DNA of 64,000 bases from an uncultured bacterium (lineage in GTDB: Bacteria > Omnitrophota > Omnitrophia > Omnitrophales > Aquincolibacteriaceae): positions 192,944-256,943 of the forward strand of contig CAYLPP010000002.1 of NCBI GenBank assembly GCA_964385615.1. The letters are read 5' to 3'. This document shows, piece by piece, positions 57,757 through 64,000 of this stretch. A model generated the notes under the pieces. That model did no database searches, was not told the origin of the DNA, and saw only the letters and a list, made by a program, of their open reading frames with translations. The position numbers and the translations under genes are program-made. Each line of letters opens with the position of its first letter. The stretch's first letter is position 1.

Positions 57757-60311
57757 CGAACAAGTCTCTCGCGGATGAATTAACGGAAAAGATTTTTAAA
57801 GACACTTATTTTATTAAACTAATAAGTAAAGCGGAAGCTATAGCAGCGGATAACTTCTTTGGAATTAATCAGAACCAACAACAATTAAATGAAAAAGAAG
57901 TTTTAGGCTTGTTAAGATTTGCTGATATTTTATCTCACTCAAGCAAGCCTCAGGCTAGAAATCTTGCCTATAAAATCATCAGTACTTTGGCAGAGCAGAA
58001 AGTTGATAGCGCTGATTTTAGCATTTTTGCTACAGCAGTTTTATCCAAACTTGGAAATTTTCCGGCTTTAAAGTATTTTTCAGATAACTTTAAACATAAA
58101 CAAATCCTTCCCTTCGAGAGAGAGCTTGAAAAAATTCTTAAAGAGGAAATTCAAAAGGTGCCCTTTGAAGAAAATATATTTACAGATGCCCAATATGCGA
58201 TATTTGAACAGTTAAAGAATAATAATCATTACAGTTTCTCGGGGCCGACCTCTTTAGGTAAGTCATTCATAATCGAAGCCTTTGTAAAATATCTAGTTTC
58301 GCGTAGTGGGGTTAATGAAAATATAATTATTCTAGTTCCCACACGAGCGCTTATTAATCAAGTGTCGCTGAAGTTGAAAAACAGTTTGAAAAATGAAGGA
58401 AGCTACAAGGTTTTAACGCATCCGATCGTCCCTGAGTTTTTTAAGAGAAATGCTCAAGGTTTTGTCTTTGTTTTTACACCGGAACGGCTAATTCTTTTCC
58501 TCTCGAACTACAATAATCCTAAGGTTGAATATTTATTCGTTGATGAGGCTCAAAAAGTAATTTCGGAACGAGATACTAGAAGTCCACTTTATTATCACTC
58601 TATTTTGCAGGCTGAAAGGAAGTCCATTAAGCTTTTCTTTTCTTCTCCGAATATTCCTAATCCAGAAGTGTTTCTTCAAGTTTTTGAAAAGAGCACAGAT
58701 GAAGTTGTTTCTGTAATTGATTCGCCGGTTTCTCAGAACCGATACTTTCTGGATTTAATAGAGAGAAAGGTGCTCTTTTTTCCAGACATGGATAAAGAGA
58801 GACAAATCGATATTACTATCGACAACGATAAGATTTTTTATTGGTTAAAGAGACTTGGTGAAGGACAAAAAAACATTGTCTATTGCAACACCATAGAAGA
58901 CACGATTAATTACGCACGTGACTTTTCTTCCGAGTTACCAAATAAATCAAGCTCAAAATTAGACGAATTGATTAATTTAATCAAAGCCTCATTACATAAA
59001 GACTATTTTCTCATCGATTGTTTGAAAAAGGGGGTGGCGTTCCATTTTGGGAAACTACCGCAAAGAATCCGTTTGAAACTTGAAGAATTGTTTCGTGATA
59101 AGGTTATAGATTGGGTTTTTTGCACCTCGACTTTATTAGAGGGTGTAAATTTGCCTGCAAAAAACATCTTTATATTAAGCAATGCCATTGGGGCTTCAAA
59201 ATTTACAGATATTGATTTTTGGAATTTAGCGGGACGCGCTGGCCGATTATCAAAAGATCTGTCAGGTAATATTATTTGTTTGAGAGGTATAGAAAAGGAT
59301 GGACGTTGGGATAATCCAGAAAAAGACCTAGAAGTGGTGCGCAATAAAGAGGTTAGTCCTTTACAGCCCTTGATCATAAAAGGGCAAAAAAGTTTCTTCA
59401 AAAACATCGAGAACTCCTTATTACAACAGAATTTTACAAGAAAAAATGCTTCACAGCCTGAGAAGGATATATGGAACTCTTATGCAAACATAACTGTTAT
59501 TCATGAGCTTCGAAAAGATGAGTCGGTTTTAAGAGCCAACTTTATAGAAAGAAATGCTGGGGGCAGAGAGCTTTTGAAGAAGCTTGTTAAGCAGAACAAA
59601 GTGCCTGAAAAAATACTAACAGCTTCTTCCTCCATAAAAGTAAGGATACAAAATGAAGTTTATGAAAAATTGAATGATAAAGATGCTTTACCTCAGCCAG
59701 TAGGCTACGACACAATTCTATCGGTGTTGGAAAGTCTTTGTGTTAAATACGATTGGGAAAATGAAGAATCTGGTGGAAGAAATCCTATGATCAAGAAAGG
59801 AAGAGGAGTACTAAAGTACTACGCTACATTGATGAATGAATGGATGCAATCTTCCCCTCTAAATCAAATGGTTCGTATTGCAATTAAGTATTACGATGAA
59901 CGTGGAGAGATATGGCTTAATAACCATATCAAAGAAACATTCGATCGAAATAATCGGACACATATTAATGCGATTATTAATGATTTAATCGGCGACATTG
60001 ATAATGTTTTAAGATTTAAACTCGAAAAATATTTCAATAATTACTTTTTATTAATACGGCATAAATTCGGTGAAAAGAAAGCTGGGGCCAATTGGGCAGA
60101 ATATCTAGAGTATGGAACTACGGATAAAAAAATTATTGAACTTCAAAATATTGGTTTTTCACGGCATTTAGCTAAATATATTCTAGACAATCATGAAGAT
60201 TGTGTTTCCTTTAATGATGAAGGCGTTTTAGAAAAAATAGATAGCGAAAAACTATTACTGACTTTTGATAAGACTACAGATGAATACAAAGAATATGAAG
60301 AGGTAGTTTGA
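57753..60311 (+). CDS. hamB: Hachiman HamB-like SF2 (DExH/DEAD-type) helicase
   Basis: 852 aa. Walker A GPTSLGKS, motif II VDEAQ, motif VI NLAGRAGR, long C-terminal extension. Start overlaps the hamA stop. Confidence 0.7.
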   Translation: MTNKSLADELTEKIFKDTYFIKLISKAEAIAADNFFGINQNQQQLNEKEVLGLLRFADILSHSSKPQARNLAYKIISTLAEQKVDSADFSIFATAVLSKLGNFPALKYFSDNFKHKQILPFERELEKILKEEIQKVPFEENIFTDAQYAIFEQLKNNNHYSFSGPTSLGKSFIIEAFVKYLVSRSGVNENIIILVPTRALINQVSLKLKNSLKNEGSYKVLTHPIVPEFFKRNAQGFVFVFTPERLILFLSNYNNPKVEYLFVDEAQKVISERDTRSPLYYHSILQAERKSIKLFFSSPNIPNPEVFLQVFEKSTDEVVSVIDSPVSQNRYFLDLIERKVLFFPDMDKERQIDITIDNDKIFYWLKRLGEGQKNIVYCNTIEDTINYARDFSSELPNKSSSKLDELINLIKASLHKDYFLIDCLKKGVAFHFGKLPQRIRLKLEELFRDKVIDWVFCTSTLLEGVNLPAKNIFILSNAIGASKFTDIDFWNLAGRAGRLSKDLSGNIICLRGIEKDGRWDNPEKDLEVVRNKEVSPLQPLIIKGQKSFFKNIENSLLQQNFTRKNASQPEKDIWNSYANITVIHELRKDESVLRANFIERNAGGRELLKKLVKQNKVPEKILTASSSIKVRIQNEVYEKLNDKDALPQPVGYDTILSVLESLCVKYDWENEESGGRNPMIKKGRGVLKYYATLMNEWMQSSPLNQMVRIAIKYYDERGEIWLNNHIKETFDRNNRTHINAIINDLIGDIDNVLRFKLEKYFNNYFLLIRHKFGEKKAGANWAEYLEYGTTDKKIIELQNIGFSRHLAKYILDNHEDCVSFNDEGVLEKIDSEKLLLTFDKTTDEYKEYEEVV

Positions 60312-60600
60312 TAAATATAGAAGATTTTCCGCACAGTGTGTGGAAAATCATGAGATCAAGTTAAGCCCGGAAGGCTAGGTGGGCTTTACATACTTGGTTG
60401 CATTGCTTTTAATTACCCAGGTTTTAATTTTAGGTGTTACTAAAAAATGATTTTTATAATCAGAGAGATAATCTGATACGATCTTTTGACCTTAAATTTT
60501 GGCGGGTGGTGCGGGCGGCGGCGAAAAATGCAGCCGGGAAACAACGAAAAACATCAGCAGAAAGCAGCAGCAAACTAAAACAAAAATTTGTGCTGAAATT

Positions 60601-60620
60601 TTGGGAACAAATTGGGAACA
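60601..60620 (+). repeat. Second TTGGGAACA-N2-TTGGGAACA doublet (candidate arm-type sites, attR side)
   Basis: TTGGGAACAaaTTGGGAACA has the same box and 11-bp register as 45253..45272, 119 bp inside attR. Confidence 0.45.
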
Positions 60621-60738
60621 AAACAGGCAGAAAAGCCGTCAAAAACGAAAAACCAGCATTAAAAACTTTCACACTTAAATCATGCTCACAGAAATAGTTA
60701 TAAAAAATAATCAAAAATCAGAAAAATCGTTTCGACCC

Positions 60739-60785
60739 CTCATAACCCAAAGGTCCCAGGTTCAAATCCTGGCCCCGCTACCAAT
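60739..60785 (+). repeat. attR core: 47-bp copy of the tRNA-fMet 3' end (not a complete tRNA)
   Basis: Exact match to 45148..45194; the upstream sequence does not continue the tRNA. Confidence 0.9.
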
Positions 60786-60798
60786 CGCAAGTGAAGAA

Positions 60799-60829
60799 GC
60801 CATCGGGTTTTAAACCCGGTGGCTTTTTT
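60799..60829 (+). terminator. Rho-independent terminator, probably the ancestral tRNA-fMet terminator now separated from the gene by the island
   Basis: GCCATCGGGTT-tta-AACCCGGTGGC followed by TTTTTT, 14 bp after the attR core. Confidence 0.55.
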
Positions 60830-60858
60830 GCTCTTCAGGCCTGAGAATACCCGGTCAA

Positions 60859-62286
60859 ATGCTCTTCAACTCACTGCCTTTTCTTGTTTTTTTCCTGATT
60901 GTCATCCTGGTTTATCAATTACCGATGACTTGGCCGATGAAGAAACTTTTTCTGCTGGCCGTCAGTTATTTCTTTTACGCTTCCTGGAATCCGCCGTTTG
61001 TCATTCTTCTCTGGTTTTCCACGGTGGTGGACTGGTTCGCGGCCAAGGGGCTCTATGCCGCGCGGGGGAAAACGGCCCGGCGCCTTCTGCTTATCGCCAG
61101 CCTCGCGGTCAATCTGGGCATGCTTGGGTTTTTTAAATACGGCAATTTCATTCTGGATAACATTTCATTTCTTTCGCAGGTTTTTCATTTTTCATATTCA
61201 CGCCCGCATTTTGACATCCTCCTTCCGGTCGGCATTTCTTTTTACACTTTTCAGACCTTGTCCTACACGCTTGATGTTTACTTCGGGCGCAGAGCCCCGG
61301 CGGATTCCTTCCTGGATTACGCGCTCTACATTGCTTTTTTCCCTCAGCTGGTGGCGGGGCCGATTGTGCGTTCTGAGGATTTTATTCCTCAGTGCGCGGT
61401 GGAGCCCAAACCGACCCGCTCTCAATTTCACACGGGGCTGTCGCTGATGGTGCTGGGGCTTTTTGAGAAAGTAGTCATTGCTGATTTTTTAATGGCGCCG
61501 GTGAGCGAGCGGATTTTTAACGCGCCTTCGGTGCCGGGATTTATGGACTGCTGGCTTGGAACCCTGGCTTTTTATGTTCAGATTTTCTGCGATTTCGCGG
61601 GTTACTCCACTTGCGCTATCGGAACGGCTCTTTGCTTTGGATTCGCGCTGACCCGCAATTTTCATTTCCCGATGGGGGCTGTCGGATTTTCAGATTTCTG
61701 GAGACGCTGGCACATTTCACTTTCCACCTGGCTGAGGGATTATCTTTATATCCCTCTCGGCGGAAACCGCAAAGGCCGGGCGCGCACCTATTTTAACCTG
61801 ATGCTGACCATGCTGATCGGCGGGCTGTGGCACGGGGCTTCCTGGACTTTTGTGGTCTGGGGCGGACTGCATGGAATCTTTTTATGCGCGGAACGTTTTT
61901 TGAAAGGCCTCGCGGGGCATTGGGCTTTGTGGAAACAAGGCTGGACGCGTTTGGTGTTCGGGGCCGTGACTTATCTGGGCGTTTCGATTGCCTGGGTTTT
62001 CTTCCGCTCCCGGAGTTTTCCCCAGGCTTTGGACATGATCCGCGCGATGGTCTCCATCCCTTCAAATTTTCAATCTTCCGGTCTGCTGATTCCCGCGCAG
62101 GAAAAAATAGTTTGGGTTACCGCCGGTGTTTTGCTTATGATACACACGGTTTTTCGCGGTCAAACGTTGAAGCGTATCGCCGTGCGCGTTCCCTGGTGGA
62201 TGCGAGGCGTAGCGCTGGCCGGCATGGTCCTGCTGATTCTGACCTCCAGCGGTGACGACCGGGCTTTCATTTATTTTCAATTTTAA
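60859..62286 (+). CDS. MBOAT-family membrane-bound O-acyltransferase (AlgI/DltB/PatA-like)
   Basis: 475 aa, polytopic, with the conserved His in the WHGASWTFVVWG region and an MBOAT signature. Confidence 0.85.
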   Translation: MLFNSLPFLVFFLIVILVYQLPMTWPMKKLFLLAVSYFFYASWNPPFVILLWFSTVVDWFAAKGLYAARGKTARRLLLIASLAVNLGMLGFFKYGNFILDNISFLSQVFHFSYSRPHFDILLPVGISFYTFQTLSYTLDVYFGRRAPADSFLDYALYIAFFPQLVAGPIVRSEDFIPQCAVEPKPTRSQFHTGLSLMVLGLFEKVVIADFLMAPVSERIFNAPSVPGFMDCWLGTLAFYVQIFCDFAGYSTCAIGTALCFGFALTRNFHFPMGAVGFSDFWRRWHISLSTWLRDYLYIPLGGNRKGRARTYFNLMLTMLIGGLWHGASWTFVVWGGLHGIFLCAERFLKGLAGHWALWKQGWTRLVFGAVTYLGVSIAWVFFRSRSFPQALDMIRAMVSIPSNFQSSGLLIPAQEKIVWVTAGVLLMIHTVFRGQTLKRIAVRVPWWMRGVALAGMVLLILTSSGDDRAFIYFQF

Positions 62287-62298
62287 TCCAAGGAAAAA

Positions 62299-63483
62299 AT
62301 GCCCTCTACTGCCTCGAAGAAAAAGTACAGCATCCTGCCGACTGTTTTATTTCTTTTAGGCGTTCTCGCCGTGGGGGAACTGGCCTGCCGGGGGCTGGAC
62401 GTTTATGACGGTTACAAACGCTACCACCGCCTTCTGGGTGAAACGGCTGTTTACCGTGATCAGGTCTACAGTATTTCCAAGCCGAAAGGCGTGAAGCGGG
62501 TGCTTTTGCTGGGGGGATCCGCGGCGCATGACACGGTAAAAAATTATCAGGAGTCCTGGCCCTACCTTTTAGAGCAAAAACTCAAAAAGTCAGCGGGTGA
62601 AAAAATCGAGCTCATTAACATGGCTTTTTATTCAGAGTCATCCATTGACGAACTTTTCAAATTGAATCAATTCGGGCTCGACATGATGCCCGACCTTGTC
62701 ATTGTTTTTGACGGTTCCAACGACGTTTACAATCTTTACCGCCAGCACGATTACTGGAAAAAACTTTACGAAGAAAAAGACAAACCGATTCTTTTTGAGA
62801 AGAAGCACCATTTTTTAACCAAGTTCGCCGGGTCCATCCGCAAGAAAAGCTCGCTTTATCAGCATCTGAATCTTTGGAAACGCAGTGTCACTCTGGCATT
62901 AACCGATTGGGCTGAAGGCATGAGAAAACAGCCGTCTTCACCCGCTGTCTCTCAGGCTCCCGCGCCGGAGTCCGGAACTCCGCAGGCGAGCGCGCCCGCT
63001 CCCGCCTCCGCGCCAGCTGAAACGGCCGGGCCCAGCTTTGATCAGTTTTTTGAGGATGAATCCAGATGGCCGGTTATTCAGGAAGACTATGTTGAAATTT
63101 ACGGGTCCAATCTGGAAAAGATGGCGAAGCTGATCCGCAAGACCGGCGCGAAAGGTCTTTTTATTTTTCAGCCCGATCTTTCTTACAAACCGGTTCTGAC
63201 GGATCAAGTCAGCGCGGGGGAAACCGCTGAGTATTTGAAAATTATCGGAAAGCATGATGAAGCCTGCAGAAAAATTCTGGCTCAAGCCTTCCCGAAGGGG
63301 ATTGAGCTCATGCGTAAAACCGCCGAAACGTACGGGCTTGTGTTTTATGATTTTAATCCGAAGATTCTTCTGGGCGGTGATGTGCAGGACCTCTTTGAGG
63401 GGAATGTACACTTCTCCGAAAAAGGCCGGGAACGTATTTCTGATGAGCTGGCCTCGATTATTCTTGAGAAAAAATTGATCTGA
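62299..63483 (+). CDS. Membrane-anchored SGNH-like protein paired with MBOAT (AlgJ/AlgX/PatB-like O-acetyltransferase partner), with Pro/Ala-rich linker
   Basis: N-terminal TM; LLLGGSAAHD block; low-complexity linker QAPAPESGTPQASAPAPASAPAE; lies directly downstream of the MBOAT gene. Confidence 0.55.
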   Translation: MPSTASKKKYSILPTVLFLLGVLAVGELACRGLDVYDGYKRYHRLLGETAVYRDQVYSISKPKGVKRVLLLGGSAAHDTVKNYQESWPYLLEQKLKKSAGEKIELINMAFYSESSIDELFKLNQFGLDMMPDLVIVFDGSNDVYNLYRQHDYWKKLYEEKDKPILFEKKHHFLTKFAGSIRKKSSLYQHLNLWKRSVTLALTDWAEGMRKQPSSPAVSQAPAPESGTPQASAPAPASAPAETAGPSFDQFFEDESRWPVIQEDYVEIYGSNLEKMAKLIRKTGAKGLFIFQPDLSYKPVLTDQVSAGETAEYLKIIGKHDEACRKILAQAFPKGIELMRKTAETYGLVFYDFNPKILLGGDVQDLFEGNVHFSEKGRERISDELASIILEKKLI

Positions 63484-63540
63484 AAAGGCTGAATTAAGAA
63501 ATTCGCGGGCAGGCCGATGGATTAAGCATCAGGAGGCGCC

Positions 63541-63738
63541 ATGAAAAAACTCAAGAAACTCTCAACGAGTAAAGTGACGATCTTCAAGATTAAGAACCGC
63601 CGGGGATTCGCGGCCGTTTCGCTGAATAATCTGACGGAAGGAAATACGCCGGTTCAGGCTTTCAACCGTATGGCCAAAGCGGTCAAGCGGTTGGGTTATG
63701 AATTCAGCGGTACTGTGCCTCGCCCGAAATCCCTCTGA
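63541..63738 (+). CDS. Small basic hypothetical protein (65 aa)
   Basis: AGGAGG RBS 6 nt upstream of the ATG; followed by a clear terminator. Confidence 0.5.
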   Translation: MKKLKKLSTSKVTIFKIKNRRGFAAVSLNNLTEGNTPVQAFNRMAKAVKRLGYEFSGTVPRPKSL

Positions 63739-63764
63739 TTTAAACTCGTTCTCAATGAAAAAAA

Positions 63765-63791
63765 GCCGGTCCATTTGGGGCCGGCTTTTTT
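63765..63791 (+). terminator. Rho-independent terminator
   Basis: GCCGGTCC-atttg-GGGCCGGC followed by TTTTTTATTTT. Confidence 0.6.
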
Positions 63792-63891
63792 ATTTTGAAC
63801 AAGATCAGGATTTAGCTCGAGTCTACAAAAACGTAGGTTTTTAAGCCCTGCTAACGGCTTCCTCTATTAAGTTCCCCGCTAGGGCCTATAT

Positions 63892-63907
63892 TGGCATAGA
63901 ATCTGCT
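63892..63907 (+). promoter_or_regulatory. Possible sigma-54 (-24/-12) promoter TGGCAT-N5-CTGCT
   Basis: GG and GC elements are spaced exactly as in TGGCACG-N4-TTGC; ATG at 63921. Confidence 0.25.
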
Positions 63908-63920
63908 TGGTACCCCCGAG

Positions 63921-64000
63921 ATGAACTTCCTCCAATATAAGACAGATAACTTTTATGATGAGCTTTTCACGGACGACGCGCTCGCCCGTGATCTGGCCAA
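63921..64000 (+). CDS. 5' end of a gene (MNFLQYKTDNFYDELFTDDALARDLA...) running off the window
   Basis: Open frame from the ATG at 63921 to the window end. Weak RBS. Identity unknown. Confidence 0.3.
   Translation, partial: MNFLQYKTDNFYDELFTDDALARDLA

Noticed and set aside
60434-60714. 87-aa and 84-aa overlapping ORFs between hamB and attR
   Set aside because: Both fall in an A-rich stretch containing the arm-type boxes. They use a GTG start, have no RBS, and have basic low-complexity translations.
60739-60785. Second tRNA gene
   Set aside because: Only the 3' 47 nt of tRNA-fMet are present and the upstream sequence does not form D or anticodon arms. It is the attR repeat.

Overview
The window is a roughly 52% GC bacterial chromosomal segment, mostly housekeeping genes, with a 15.6-kb AT-richer genomic island inserted at the 3' end of an initiator tRNA-fMet gene. 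All calls come from reading the sequence and the ORF track; no database search was run, so product calls rest on recalled family motifs.

Housekeeping backbone, in order:
- A partial membrane protein on the minus strand, tRNA-Asn, a small helix-hairpin-helix protein, an ion-channel-like protein and an MnmC-like methyltransferase.
- An unusual groEL-groES-groEL operon with a CIRCE element upstream.
- coaX, birA, alr and tsaB, then membrane proteins and a DUF318-type permease.
- A small secreted acidic protein behind a strong promoter.
- An SplB-like radical SAM enzyme and a family 2 glycosyltransferase.
- A formiminotetrahydrofolate cyclodeaminase-like gene, then folD and panB.
- A REC-GGDEF-MshEN protein.
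- A heme cluster (hemX-like, hemA, hemC, cobA/hemD fusion, hemB), followed by a REC-GGDEF-HD-GYP protein.
- acs, hemL, a polyprenyl synthase, rsmI, purN, eno and an FtsB-like protein.
- Two paralogous membrane-anchored SGNH hydrolases.
- A LacI-family regulator with a near-consensus promoter and palindromic operator.
- Directly downstream of the regulator, an 8.1-kb gene for a 2696-aa secreted protein. It carries GLUG-type repeats, a discoidin-like domain and a putative glycosidase-like region, and contains a perfectly identical 844-bp internal tandem duplication.

The island spans 45148..60785, bounded by 47-bp direct repeats of the tRNA 3' end. All ten of its genes are on the plus strand:
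- An excisionase-like gene and a tyrosine integrase at the attL end.
- A Type I restriction-modification locus (hsdR, hsdM, hsdS) with a Fic-family gene embedded between hsdR and hsdM.
- Three uncharacterised genes co-transcribed after hsdS. I read them as a TIGR02391-like protein with a basic N-terminus, a membrane-anchored permuted papain-like amidase, and a B3-like plus PD-(D/E)xK-like nuclease.
- A Hachiman-like defence pair (HamA, DUF1837 nuclease-like, plus HamB, SF2 helicase) at the attR end.

The best candidate for a previously undescribed system is the three-gene cassette between hsdS and hamA, which shares the hsdMS operon and ends at a terminator just before hamA. The perfect tandem repeat inside the giant GLUG gene is the second item worth checking.

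Downstream of the island are an MBOAT acyltransferase paired with a third SGNH-like protein, a small basic protein, a possible sigma-54 promoter, and the start of a gene that runs off the window end.
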